Shown here in pieces: positions 47,322-57,041 of a stretch of DNA of 64,000 nucleotides. Made by a program: the position numbers and the translations under genes. Origin of the DNA: a virus (lineage: Duplodnaviria > Caudoviricetes); the IMG/VR virus record IMGVR_UViG_3300021400_000034, positions 1-64,000 of that record; one strand, written 5' to 3'. A model generated the notes under the pieces. The model had not been told where the DNA came from. It saw only the letters and a list, made by a program, of their open reading frames with translations, and made no database searches. Position 1 is the stretch's first letter. Each line of letters starts with the position of its first letter.

Positions 47322-47756
47322 ATGAAGTCTATCATACCAGACGGCGCTACGGAAACTCCCGTAGACACTAGCTGTCAAGAATACAAGAAGTTTAAGAGAG
47401 CCTACGCTGTTTACATCGTGGCTATGAGAGAATATAAGGCTTTGAAGGCTACGTTGAACACCTTGAAGTACAAGATCAAGATGAACACCAGCGGCCTCAA
47501 TCATCTCATGGGTCTTCATCGCAAGCTCATCGCTGCGAGAAACCTCTACTACACTTCTCGCGCTCGCATGAGCAGAGCTGCTATCGAGCTCTTCAAAGAC
47601 CAGTGCGTACAGAAGCAGAAGTTCTACATGACCAAGCGTCAGATCAAGAAGCTGTCCGACAAGCTCGGCAATTTCGTAGAGCAGAACAAAGAATTTCCAG
47701 ACACTAAAGTTATGTGCGTGAGCATCCGCTGCGACCACGAAGGAAGAGTGATATAA
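47322..47756 (+). CDS. Basic helical hypothetical protein
   Basis: AAGGAG SD. Confidence 0.65.
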   Translation: MKSIIPDGATETPVDTSCQEYKKFKRAYAVYIVAMREYKALKATLNTLKYKIKMNTSGLNHLMGLHRKLIAARNLYYTSRARMSRAAIELFKDQCVQKQKFYMTKRQIKKLSDKLGNFVEQNKEFPDTKVMCVSIRCDHEGRVI

Positions 47757-48208
47757 TGGCTTGGTTTGCAAACAACACTGCAGAGATTGATCTGAAAGTC
47801 TTTGATGAAGCGTGCCGTCCGACGATCAGCGAGAAAGGAGACTGGATCGACCTTCGCTCGATGGAAGAAGTTCACATGAGCAAAGGCGAGTACCGTCTCA
47901 TTCCGCTAGGCGTCGCTATGAAGCTGCCGTACGGATTCGAGGCATACATCGCTCCTAGAAGCTCGACTTTCAAGAACTATGGACTTACCGAGACGAACTC
48001 TTTCGGCGTCATAGACAACAGCTATTGCGGCCCAAACGACATGTGGAAGCTTCCTGTTCTAGCGCATCGCGACAACGTGATCATTCACAAGGGCGACCGC
48101 ATCTGTCAGTTCCGCATTCAGGCTAAGATGCCTACCGTTCAATTCGCAGACTCTACGCTTGAAGATCAAGAAGATCGCGGCGGATTCGGAAGCACGGGGA
48201 GGAAGTGA
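47756..48208 (+). CDS. dut: Trimeric dUTPase
   Basis: DWIDL, APRSS, GVIDNSY.G, DRICQF, RGGFGSTG. Confidence 0.93.
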   Translation: MAWFANNTAEIDLKVFDEACRPTISEKGDWIDLRSMEEVHMSKGEYRLIPLGVAMKLPYGFEAYIAPRSSTFKNYGLTETNSFGVIDNSYCGPNDMWKLPVLAHRDNVIIHKGDRICQFRIQAKMPTVQFADSTLEDQEDRGGFGSTGRK

Positions 48209-48453
48209 TGAACAATGAACAGTGCAAAGAAGCCTTGTTCGAAGTGATGGCTAGACTTAATGACTTGGAGAGAGAGAATACCACTCTTCTTCAGATGAAC
48301 AGCGCACTCAATGAGAAGTGCATAGAGAAAGATCAAGAGATCGAAAAGCTTAGAGAGGAATTAGGAGAATGTCAGACCGAATTGCTGAAGATGAAACGTT
48401 CAATGGAGTTTGTGGACCAGAGGGACTTGAAGGAATTTGGGTTGAAGTCCTGA
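48205..48453 (+). CDS. Coiled-coil hypothetical protein
   Basis: Heptad pattern; GGAGG SD. Confidence 0.6.
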   Translation: MMNNEQCKEALFEVMARLNDLERENTTLLQMNSALNEKCIEKDQEIEKLREELGECQTELLKMKRSMEFVDQRDLKEFGLKS

Positions 48454-49007
48454 AGTGGCCGACATCCGTCGACTGGCAGTGGGTCAAGTTCTTGGCCAAG
48501 AACACAGTAGGAGAAGACTATGACATGGAGACTGAGATGACGCCTCAGCTGAAGTGCAAGTACCTTCGTTCTGAGCACTCTCCTATCCGCTATCTCCAGT
48601 TCGTCATCCGCATGCACATCCCTTACTGCGACTCGGTCGCTTTCTGTCGCCACAAGCTCGGCGTCGAGCACTTCGTCCAGTCGCAGAGGAACGATCGTCA
48701 AGACAAGTATGACCGCTATCAGGAGCCTCAGGGCCACTACGTCAAGCACATCATGCTGATCAATGCTCAGGAGCTCATGTTCATGGCTCGCAAGAGATTG
48801 TGCCGCATGGCTTCTCCGAACTGCCGCAGAATCATGGAGATGATCAAGACCGCAGTCACTAGCCGTTGTCCGGAGTTCGAAGAGTTCTTGGTTCCGAACT
48901 GCGAGTACCTTCACAAGTGTCCGGAATTCAAGTCATGCGGGTACTGGAAGGTTCAATCCGACCTGAGAGGCCTGAGAGAAGATCCAGACGTAGAGATCGT
49001 AGAATAA
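48369..49007 (+). CDS. thyX: ThyX-like FAD-dependent thymidylate synthase
   Basis: EHSPIR, RHK-x7-SQR variant of RHR-x7-S, INAQEL...RLC, C-terminal C....CPE...CG. Confidence 0.75.
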   Translation: MSDRIAEDETFNGVCGPEGLEGIWVEVLKWPTSVDWQWVKFLAKNTVGEDYDMETEMTPQLKCKYLRSEHSPIRYLQFVIRMHIPYCDSVAFCRHKLGVEHFVQSQRNDRQDKYDRYQEPQGHYVKHIMLINAQELMFMARKRLCRMASPNCRRIMEMIKTAVTSRCPEFEEFLVPNCEYLHKCPEFKSCGYWKVQSDLRGLREDPDVEIVE

Positions 49008-49016
49008 ATAGTCTGT

Positions 49017-49475
49017 ATGACTACACTATTCACAATCCTGGGAGTAGCTTCTGCATTAGCTTTCGGCTTATGCAATCTCCCACAGATTCTTAGAGCAAGA
49101 AAGAGGAAGAGTACAGGTGACATAAGTCTATTGTTCATTCTATTGTCCCTTCTCGGTAACCTATGTGCTGCTTCTTACATCATCTACTCGAACATACAGG
49201 CTGACTTCTATCAGTGGCCTCAGTACCTGAACTATGCTATAGCGACGACCCTCGTCATCACTTTGCTGGTTCTGAAGCTCAAGAACGACGGCAAAGAGAT
49301 CAAAGAAGATATAGCTGAGTGGTGGGAGAACTTGAAGTACAAGATGTACCAGAAGATGATTGAGCGAGACCTGCACCGTGAAGAGAGAAATGGAGAGTTT
49401 TTCGAGATGGCTGGATTCGTTCTACTAGTCGTCGTCCTGTCATACCTCTTCTACAAGATGCTTACCACCGTATAA
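49017..49475 (+). CDS. PQ-loop/SemiSWEET-like membrane protein with extra C-terminal TM
   Basis: LPQILR..K.KSTGDIS; three TM helices plus one. Confidence 0.8.
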   Translation: MTTLFTILGVASALAFGLCNLPQILRARKRKSTGDISLLFILLSLLGNLCAASYIIYSNIQADFYQWPQYLNYAIATTLVITLLVLKLKNDGKEIKEDIAEWWENLKYKMYQKMIERDLHREERNGEFFEMAGFVLLVVVLSYLFYKMLTTV

Positions 49476-49501
49476 ATAAACAGATATAATGGTGGTTTAC
49501 A

Positions 49502-50035
49502 ATGACGAACAAGAAGCTTGCTAAGAATTTCAGTCTGTCGGAGTTCACGAAGAACGACGTGACTGATTATCAGCTGAGTCTGCTGAAGATTCTAGCTGAA
49601 GAGATGCAGAAGGTGCGTGATCGTCTTCAGGACTACAAGTCTGGAAAGAAGGCTGTCTCCATCACCGTCTGCTCTGGAGTCAGAACACAAGCTGACTACG
49701 AGAGAATCAAGAAGAACGGATGTAACCCGAGCAAGACGTCTGACCACTTCTGTGGACTACAGCTTCTCTGCAAGCCTACGATGGGCGCTGCTGACATTCA
49801 CGTTAACAACTGCAGCTTGAGTCTGCTCGAAGTAGCTAAGCTGATCAAGAAGATGGACGAGAACGGCGAGTGCCACTTCGGCCAGGTCATCTATGAAGAG
49901 AATCCTAAGACTAAGTCAGCTTGGATTCATCTCGGAAACGATTGGAAGCAGATCTTCACTGATCGTGTCGCTGTGAGCCGCAAGAAGTATCTGATGAGCA
50001 CAGACAACGGAGTGACATTCAAGGTGTTGAAGTGA
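49502..50035 (+). CDS. Peptidase M15 (Zn D-Ala-D-Ala peptidase fold) endolysin
   Basis: NFSLSEF, SGVR, SDH......GAADI, QVIYE, WIH; TATAAATA at 49471. Confidence 0.85.
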   Translation: MTNKKLAKNFSLSEFTKNDVTDYQLSLLKILAEEMQKVRDRLQDYKSGKKAVSITVCSGVRTQADYERIKKNGCNPSKTSDHFCGLQLLCKPTMGAADIHVNNCSLSLLEVAKLIKKMDENGECHFGQVIYEENPKTKSAWIHLGNDWKQIFTDRVAVSRKKYLMSTDNGVTFKVLK

Positions 50036-50175
50036 TGGAATTCTTCTTGTTTGTTGGCGGAGGTCTTCTCCTATACGTACTGCTAGTCATTCTAGTGGGC
50101 ATACGAATCATGAAGAGCCGAGACCGTATCACTTCGTTCGATTTTTATGAGGATGACAAAGATGGCGAAACGTAA
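50035..50175 (+). CDS. 46-aa single-TM protein
   Basis: Read manually: MEFFLFVGGGLLLYVLLVILVGIRIMK...; overlaps both neighbours. Confidence 0.5.
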   Translation: MEFFLFVGGGLLLYVLLVILVGIRIMKSRDRITSFDFYEDDKDGET

Positions 50176-51034
50176 GTTGGCAATTTCGATAAACGGTGGC
50201 GGAGCTCTCGCAGTAGGTCCGCTGAAGTATCTCTGCAGGCTAGAGAGCGACTTAGGAAAGAGCATCGCGAAGATCAGCTACGCGTACTCAGGCACTTCTA
50301 CGGGCGCTATCGTCGCTGCATGTCTCAATGAGGGTATGAGCGCTAACGACATTCTAGAGCTATATCTCCAGAATCTGAAGAAGATCTTCACTAAGTACCC
50401 GTGGTACAAGAGAGCTCTTCCCAGCTGTCCGACTTACGACAACACGAACCTCAAGAAGATCCTGAAAGAGAATCTGCCAGGAATGATTCAGAGCTGGAAG
50501 AAGCCGATCTACTTGACGACGACATTCATGAACGGATCCAGCGTAGAGAAAGTCTGGGACCTTCAAGATCCTAAAGTTGACAAGTGGTTCGCAGTTCTCA
50601 CTTCGACAGCTGCACCGACTTACTTCGATGTCGTAGAGGACAACGGAAAGTCATACTGCGACGGCGGCATGTGGGCGAACGATCCTATCATGACGCTTCA
50701 GGCTGGTCTCGTAGAAGACGGAGGAAAAGACAAATGGAAGATTCTGTCTCTCAACACTGGCATGGACGTTCCGAACACTGACAAGGGAAACAAGACTCTG
50801 GTCGGCTGGGGCGAGTACATCCTGAAGAACTGGGTCGCACGCGCAGGCATGTCCAACTTCTTCGAGGCGAGAGCTAATCTCGGCTACGACAACGTTTTCC
50901 GTGCATCTCCGTCTGTGAAGAAGCCGTTCGACATGGATGACGTCTCGGACAAGACTATCCAGAAGGTCATGGAGATCTGGGACGAGCAGTATGACAAGGA
51001 CCGCAAAGATCTCTTGGAGTTCATGAAGAGGTAG
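50162..51034 (+). CDS. Patatin-like phospholipase
   Basis: GGGALA, GTSTG, SxAAPTYF-like STAAPTYF, DGG, ILSLNTG. Confidence 0.9.
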   Translation: MAKRKLAISINGGGALAVGPLKYLCRLESDLGKSIAKISYAYSGTSTGAIVAACLNEGMSANDILELYLQNLKKIFTKYPWYKRALPSCPTYDNTNLKKILKENLPGMIQSWKKPIYLTTTFMNGSSVEKVWDLQDPKVDKWFAVLTSTAAPTYFDVVEDNGKSYCDGGMWANDPIMTLQAGLVEDGGKDKWKILSLNTGMDVPNTDKGNKTLVGWGEYILKNWVARAGMSNFFEARANLGYDNVFRASPSVKKPFDMDDVSDKTIQKVMEIWDEQYDKDRKDLLEFMKR

Positions 51035-51129
51035 CGACATGGCGATAGTCAGAGTCAATGGAAAGATCGCAAGGATCAACAGCAAGATAGTCAAGAAGTC
51101 TTGATAAGTCTGCTTGTAAAGGAGTAAAG

Positions 51130-52077
51130 ATGGAAAAATATAGAATCATAAAGACTGATTTGAAGACTCAGAAAGAGTGCGACATCCTAGACGGAGTCTT
51201 CGCACAGCTGTCTGACGGCCTGTGGGAGAACAGACGAGCTGCTGAAGGCTATTGGCCATATATCAATGCTAGTCTCAAGAACGGTGAAGTCGTGTTGTCG
51301 GTGTCTAATTCTTATAGATATGATGGGAGACCTACTAACAAGCTGCTCGATATGACAGATGACGATATTAAGAAGTGGCTCGCTAAGAAGATCAAGCAAG
51401 TGATCAAAGAAGAGGGTCTAGACTGGAAGAGAGACAACACGGAAGAGACTGACTTTCTCGACACATCGTGGAGAAAGAGCAAGAAGCCATCTACTGTTGC
51501 TGACTGCTACTACGTCTATGAAGTTCTCAAAGGCAGAAACGTTGCTAAGCATCCAGAGTATGCTGAGCAGATGAACCTCTCTGATGCTCTGAAGACTCTC
51601 GATAACGCTAAGATCAAGTATGTGCAACCTGAAGATGAGCCTTGGGAAGCTGATCTAGACGAATCAGCTATCTCGTGGCCTCTGCTGTCAGAAGCAGAGT
51701 TAACTCCGGAGCAGAGAGAAGCTAGAAGGAGACGTGCAAAAGCACGTCGAGAGAGGGCGAAGAGAGAAAATCAGCCATACTACGTCAAGATCTTCCAGAA
51801 GAGTGGAAACGTTGGTGGAGGTTGGTGGGTAGAAAAGCCAGGGAAGCCTGAGTATCAAGCGTTCAAAGATCTCGAGACTCTCAAGAAGTATTTCGGATCT
51901 GACACAGAAGCTCTGATAAACGGAGCCAGACTCGACTACGAAGATGGCGAAGCTGGTGGCCCAGGCTGGAAGATGAGACTCTGTGATCTGCCAGAGATCC
52001 CTGAAGATGTTCTTGAGAAACTCAACAAGGATCTCCTGAAAGGCAATTCTGTGAGCCATCACTCTTACGAGTGGTAG
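51130..52077 (+). CDS. Hypothetical protein (possible internal head protein)
   Basis: AGGAG SD; internal MNLSDALKTL motif. Confidence 0.7.
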   Translation: MEKYRIIKTDLKTQKECDILDGVFAQLSDGLWENRRAAEGYWPYINASLKNGEVVLSVSNSYRYDGRPTNKLLDMTDDDIKKWLAKKIKQVIKEEGLDWKRDNTEETDFLDTSWRKSKKPSTVADCYYVYEVLKGRNVAKHPEYAEQMNLSDALKTLDNAKIKYVQPEDEPWEADLDESAISWPLLSEAELTPEQREARRRRAKARRERAKRENQPYYVKIFQKSGNVGGGWWVEKPGKPEYQAFKDLETLKKYFGSDTEALINGARLDYEDGEAGGPGWKMRLCDLPEIPEDVLEKLNKDLLKGNSVSHHSYEW

Positions 52078-53724
52078 TTAGCCGTTAGGATTGATCAATC
52101 TCTTCTCGAAGTACTCAGGAAGGTACTTCGAGAATTTGTTGTGTTGGAAAGTGAACGTGCTGTCGAGGATGAACGTCTCTGCGTAGTCAGTCTGGCTTCT
52201 CACGGAACGACCGCTCGCTTGAAGCAGCCTCTGCCACATCTTGTTCTGATACCACAGCGGCGTCTCTTCGGCTAGAGTCTTCGTTCGAGTGTTGCCGAGA
52301 GAGTCCCACGGCAGCTTGACGATGATCTGGAACTGAGACAGGTCGTCGTGAAGGTCAATTCCTTCTGTCATGGACGACGACACGAGAACAGTGTCCTTGC
52401 TGACCATGTGCTCTTCGAGAATGTCTTCATTTCTGACCTCGTCGAGACGGACTAGCAGCCTAGGATCGTGAAGGTTCTCTTTGATGTACTTGGAGATCTT
52501 CATGTTTCCTGTGTGGATGATGCCTCTCTGTCCTTTGTGCTGGTCTAGTATGTACTTCACTGACTTCACGATGGTTCTCATGTTCTCTTCGTCTTGAAGA
52601 TCGCGGAAGTTGGTAGCGCAGTTGCCCAGCACTACGATTGGAGCGTTCTTCGCTGGGAACGTGGATTCGACATCTACGAAGCAGCACTGGTCTGGACGGA
52701 TGCCGAGGGATCCGACGAAGTTAGAGAAGTTGAGAATCGTTGCAGACATGAAGATGATCTTGTCCGCCATCTTGTCGAAATACTTCTTGAAGATCCAGTC
52801 GACGTTGACTGGAACGATGTCCAAGCTGCGGTCCTTCTTGTTCCAGTTGTAGACCCATGAGTCTGTCTGGTCTGACTCGTTGTAAGCGTCGATCTTGAGC
52901 ATGGTCTCTACGATCTCTCGCTTGTGCTTGTACTTCTTGCTCTTCGACGAGGACTCTCCTTCCATAGCCTTCTTGACGTTTCCGTCTTTGACTTTCTTCA
53001 CCTGCTCGGATTCGTATTCTAGCATCTCTTTGTAGATCCTTGAAGCTAGATCGCGACAGATCGTGATGTACTTCTCCATCTTCGCCGTAGGCTTGGAGGA
53101 TGACTCCAGCTCAGCGTGCTTGAGAAACTCTAAGTCGCTAGCGGAGAGCTTCTTCTCTCCTTCGAACATCTTTATCATCTTGTCGGCGCTGAAGCGTATC
53201 GTTCCGACATCCACTAGGAAGTCTTCGAGCAGATGGGCTTCGTCAACGATGAGAAGATCACGCTTGGCGTTGTCGCCACGTGGCGCTATCGTAGACTTCA
53301 GGACGGAAGTGTTCGCGAGAAGAATGGGAGACTCTAGCGCTCTGTTGACGGCGTTGTAGTACGGACAGAGATCGTTGATCTTGCAGTAGCGCTTGATGCC
53401 GATAGCCGTAGACTCGCATCCCTGACATGGACCTCTGTCGCACTTCGTGTTGTCGTAGACCGAGCAGTCGTAGTTCTGCATTCCCTTGAGCATCTGTATC
53501 GGAAACTTTCCTTTGAAGTCTCTCCAGTACTGATCTTGCAGCGCCTTGTTGGTCACTACGATGTAGCTCGAGTGTGCGAGCATTGACTCGTAGATAGCGA
53601 TTCCAGATTTTCCAGATCCTGTTGGCATCTGGGCCACGATGTATTTCTTGTCTGTGCCTTTGACCGTCTCCAGAAACTTCTGCTGTTCTGGGCGGATCTT
53701 CTCATAGGGAAATTCGATGTTCAT
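52078..53724 (-). CDS. DinG/XPD-family helicase
   Basis: R.EQ, PTGSGKS, Cys cluster, DEAH, MSAT, EGIDL, Q.SGRSVR. Confidence 0.9.
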   Translation of the reverse strand: MNIEFPYEKIRPEQQKFLETVKGTDKKYIVAQMPTGSGKSGIAIYESMLAHSSYIVVTNKALQDQYWRDFKGKFPIQMLKGMQNYDCSVYDNTKCDRGPCQGCESTAIGIKRYCKINDLCPYYNAVNRALESPILLANTSVLKSTIAPRGDNAKRDLLIVDEAHLLEDFLVDVGTIRFSADKMIKMFEGEKKLSASDLEFLKHAELESSSKPTAKMEKYITICRDLASRIYKEMLEYESEQVKKVKDGNVKKAMEGESSSKSKKYKHKREIVETMLKIDAYNESDQTDSWVYNWNKKDRSLDIVPVNVDWIFKKYFDKMADKIIFMSATILNFSNFVGSLGIRPDQCCFVDVESTFPAKNAPIVVLGNCATNFRDLQDEENMRTIVKSVKYILDQHKGQRGIIHTGNMKISKYIKENLHDPRLLVRLDEVRNEDILEEHMVSKDTVLVSSSMTEGIDLHDDLSQFQIIVKLPWDSLGNTRTKTLAEETPLWYQNKMWQRLLQASGRSVRSQTDYAETFILDSTFTFQHNKFSKYLPEYFEKRLINPNG

Positions 53725-53808
53725 GTAAGACAATATAATAAAATTGAGGATGAACTATTTAGTTGTACAAAAATTTTAATTAGATTTGACTTAAGGAGAG
53801 CGCCGCTC

Positions 53809-54699
53809 ATGGCGCTGAAATATATGAAGAATCGAAAGAAGATACTCCTGATCGACATGGCGAACATGTCTATCAGAACTGGATGCTCTTGCTACAGGGA
53901 CGATCCGACCGACAAGACCTACAACAACTGGAAGTGTGAGATTCTGGAAAATCTGGCAGGCCTCGTTCAGACGACTGGCGCTAACTCGATCATTCTCTGT
54001 CAAGAAGGAAAGAAGAACTGGCGCTATGAAGTCTATGACGACTACAAGTCCAACCGCAAAGAGGCCAAGGCGAAGAACAAGCTCGACTTCGACACGTTCT
54101 ATCCTATGGCTGACGACTTCTGCGACAAGATGAAGAAGTACATCCCGAACGTCTACCAGCTCAAGGTCGAAGGCGCCGAAGGCGATGATCTCATCGCAGT
54201 CTTGACTAAGTGGCTCACTCCAGCATACGAAGTGATCTGTGTCTCTACCGACCGCGACTTCTACCAGCTCTTGAAGTACAACGGCTACAAGCAGTACAAT
54301 CCTATCAAGCGCCAGTACGTCCAGGTCATAAATCCAGAGCGCTACCTTCTGGAGAAGATCGTCGTAGGCGACAAGGGAGACGGCATTCCTCACGTCAAGC
54401 CTAAGGTCTCGGTCAAGACGGCTGCTGACATCGTAGAGGCTGGACTTGACGATTGGCTCAAGAACGAGAGCCAGCAGATCCGCGACAACTTCGAGCGAAA
54501 CAAGAAACTGATCGACTTCGACTGCATTCCTATTCCGGTTCAGACGAAGATCATGGAAGAGTTCAAGAAGCTGCGATTCAGCGGAATGAGCATGAGAGAC
54601 ATGTCGGAGTTCCTGATGGCCGTAGGACTCGCAAACAAGTTCGACAAGATTCCGGAATACGCTAACACCTTCATCAAGATGGAGAGGATAGATGTGTAA
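53809..54699 (+). CDS. rnh: T4 RNase H-like 5'-3' exonuclease (FEN family)
   Basis: LLID, WR......YKSNR, EGDDLI, STDRDFYQL, GDKGDGIP, RNKKLIDF..IP. Confidence 0.92.
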   Translation: MALKYMKNRKKILLIDMANMSIRTGCSCYRDDPTDKTYNNWKCEILENLAGLVQTTGANSIILCQEGKKNWRYEVYDDYKSNRKEAKAKNKLDFDTFYPMADDFCDKMKKYIPNVYQLKVEGAEGDDLIAVLTKWLTPAYEVICVSTDRDFYQLLKYNGYKQYNPIKRQYVQVINPERYLLEKIVVGDKGDGIPHVKPKVSVKTAADIVEAGLDDWLKNESQQIRDNFERNKKLIDFDCIPIPVQTKIMEEFKKLRFSGMSMRDMSEFLMAVGLANKFDKIPEYANTFIKMERIDV

Positions 54700-55201
54700 C
54701 AATCCAAAGAAGTTCAACCGTTTCTATGTCGACGTCCTCAACTCTCTGAGAAGATATTCGACGTGCTCACGTCTGCAGGTCGCAGCTATTCTCGTGAAGG
54801 ACTCTCGAATTCTCAGCTCAGGCTACAACGGAGTAGCTAAGGGCTGCACAGAGTGCAACAAGATCTACGCTAGAAGACCAGATGGAACGTTCTCCTGGAC
54901 GAGCTATCTGACCCGAAATGAGAGAATTCTGTCTGAAGAAGAGTACCGCAAAGAGCATCATGAGTTCGCGGACAAGTATGAGATACACGCTGAGATGAAC
55001 TGCTTGGGGTTCGCTCTCAAGAACAACACCGACATCACTGGCGCACAGCTCTACTTGACGACTAGTCCATGTCTGAACTGCTGCAAACTGATCCTGACCT
55101 CCGGAATCAAGGAAGTTTACTACATTGAAGAGTATGATGATCGCAGTGGGATCGAATATCTGCTCCGAAACGGCGTAATTTGCGAGAAAATCGAGCAATA
55201 G
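54692..55201 (+). CDS. cd: dCMP deaminase
   Basis: STC.R.QV, GYNG, HAEMN, PCLNC. Confidence 0.92.
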   Translation: MCNNPKKFNRFYVDVLNSLRRYSTCSRLQVAAILVKDSRILSSGYNGVAKGCTECNKIYARRPDGTFSWTSYLTRNERILSEEEYRKEHHEFADKYEIHAEMNCLGFALKNNTDITGAQLYLTTSPCLNCCKLILTSGIKEVYYIEEYDDRSGIEYLLRNGVICEKIEQ

Positions 55202-55274
55202 TCTGAATTTCAGCTCATATCCTTAGGACTTCTCTATAAATAATAGGTATAAAGAGTTCTAAGGAGCTATAAAG

Positions 55275-55964
55275 ATGGCTGAACACAAGAAACTATTGAA
55301 TGAAGCATATCTCAGCGACGTCACATCTAACAGAGACAACGAGTCTAAGTCTCTGTATATCGAGGGCGTCTTCATGGGCGCTGGAAAGAAGAACCGAAAC
55401 GGTAGAACATACCCGCGTGAATTGATCGAACGTGAAGTAACGTCGCTAAACAAGCTGATCAACAGCAACGAGTGCCTTGGTGAGCTTGAGCACCCGGAAT
55501 ATGCGAAGGTGAACTCCAAGGAAGCAGCAATCAAGATCTGCTCACTACGGATGGACGAGGATTTCGCTATCGGTAAGGCTAAGGTCCTTGAGTATATGCC
55601 GAACGGTAAGATGCTCGCTGGTCTTCTTGGCGACGTAAGAATGGGCGTCTCTTCTAGAGGCGTTGGCGACGTGAACGAAGACACTGGGGTCGTGGAGTCC
55701 AACTTCCACTTGATCACTATCGATGCGGTTTTAGGTCCCTCTTGCCCAGATGCGTACGTCAACGCAGTGAACGAGTCTTTCGAGTGGGTCTTGAACGAGT
55801 CCACTGGTCTCTACATCGAGAAGAGAATCCAGCACACGCCGGAAGAAGCTATCGCTACTCTCGAACCTGCTAAGGAAGCTTTCGACAAGAAGCTGGACGC
55901 TAAGGGATCTAAGGCTGTTGTCGAAGCGTTCCGTGAGTTCATGGACGTCTACAAGCACATCTAA
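55275..55964 (+). CDS. 21: Prohead core protease gp21
   Basis: LYIEGVF, NRNGRTYP, GELEHP, GVSSRG, D.V..PS; TATAAATA at 55235. Confidence 0.95.
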   Translation: MAEHKKLLNEAYLSDVTSNRDNESKSLYIEGVFMGAGKKNRNGRTYPRELIEREVTSLNKLINSNECLGELEHPEYAKVNSKEAAIKICSLRMDEDFAIGKAKVLEYMPNGKMLAGLLGDVRMGVSSRGVGDVNEDTGVVESNFHLITIDAVLGPSCPDAYVNAVNESFEWVLNESTGLYIEKRIQHTPEEAIATLEPAKEAFDKKLDAKGSKAVVEAFREFMDVYKHI

Positions 55965-55977
55965 TCTGGAATAGAGC

Positions 55978-56574
55978 ATGAAAGTCTTCAAGATAACATT
56001 CGACACGGATGAAGAAGCTCGGGAAGAAGAGTTCGAAATTCGTGACAATATGGGCAGCTTAGTCGACACGGCTATCGATCGCGACACTGTCTATATTACT
56101 GGGCCTAAAGCCGCTCTTATCGCGGATGACTGGTATAAAGATCGAAAGGTCGAAGAGATCGAGATGTCTGAATCCCAATTCGGCAGCATTCTGAATCCGA
56201 AAAAGACAAAGATGTACGAAGCAAGAGTCGAATTCATTTCGGAAGATGCTGCATACGACGCTATGGGAATCTGGAAAAATGTTCTATTTCCGTCTATCAG
56301 ACTTATGAGCGCGTTCGATCCTTTTACGCAGAAGCAGTTGGCTACTGCTAGAAGATTGGCTGATGTCGAAGTCGAGAAAGATGGAGAAACGCTGATTATC
56401 CGCTCAACCAGCAGAATCAAAGTGATAGAAGCTGTAGCGATCTTCAATGAAGACGAGGATTCTGTCGTTTCTTCGAGTAAGCCGAAGAAAATCTACGAGT
56501 CTGATATGTCGCTAGAAGATGCGCTCTTGATTCTTGAAAAGTCGAAGATGAAAGCTATCCTCATGAAGAGGTAG
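55978..56574 (+). CDS. Hypothetical late protein
   Basis: C-terminal MSLEDALLILEK motif. Confidence 0.7.
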   Translation: MKVFKITFDTDEEAREEEFEIRDNMGSLVDTAIDRDTVYITGPKAALIADDWYKDRKVEEIEMSESQFGSILNPKKTKMYEARVEFISEDAAYDAMGIWKNVLFPSIRLMSAFDPFTQKQLATARRLADVEVEKDGETLIIRSTSRIKVIEAVAIFNEDEDSVVSSSKPKKIYESDMSLEDALLILEKSKMKAILMKR

Positions 56575-56666
56575 ATCCAATTAAGAAAAATCTGAAAATT
56601 CGGGTTTAGAAAACACTCGAATTTTCTTAAATTTACTAAGTAAACCGCTAAAAAAGGACTACAAAA

Positions 56667-57038
56667 ATGACTCCAGGGCAGCTACAAGAACATGTCAAGA
56701 AGATGATTGAGAACCTCATGATCGATCACGTCGGCAACTTCGTAAACGACTTTGAATGGTCTGCTTCAGATGATCCGTCTGAAGCTATCGAGAAGTTCAA
56801 TGTCTCTTACGGCAACTATCACGCTGCTTTTAATCGCGCCGTCTTGAACGGCGTAGCTGAAGGCATCAACAAAGCTTGCAACGAGACTTTCCAGCACTGT
56901 CTGAGACGCGCCGTCGAAGGCGGCCAGATCGATCAGGCACGCGCCGACGTTCTGGAGAACGAGTGGAACGACTACAGCGAAATGACAATCTCTGACCTAG
57001 TCCAAGACGTAGTAGGTCGCATCGGATTCGCGGAGTAA
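56667..57038 (+). CDS. Hypothetical early protein
   Basis: TTTAGA-N17-TAAATT promoter at 56605; AAGGA SD. Confidence 0.7.
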   Translation: MTPGQLQEHVKKMIENLMIDHVGNFVNDFEWSASDDPSEAIEKFNVSYGNYHAAFNRAVLNGVAEGINKACNETFQHCLRRAVEGGQIDQARADVLENEWNDYSEMTISDLVQDVVGRIGFAE

Positions 57039-57041
57039 GAA

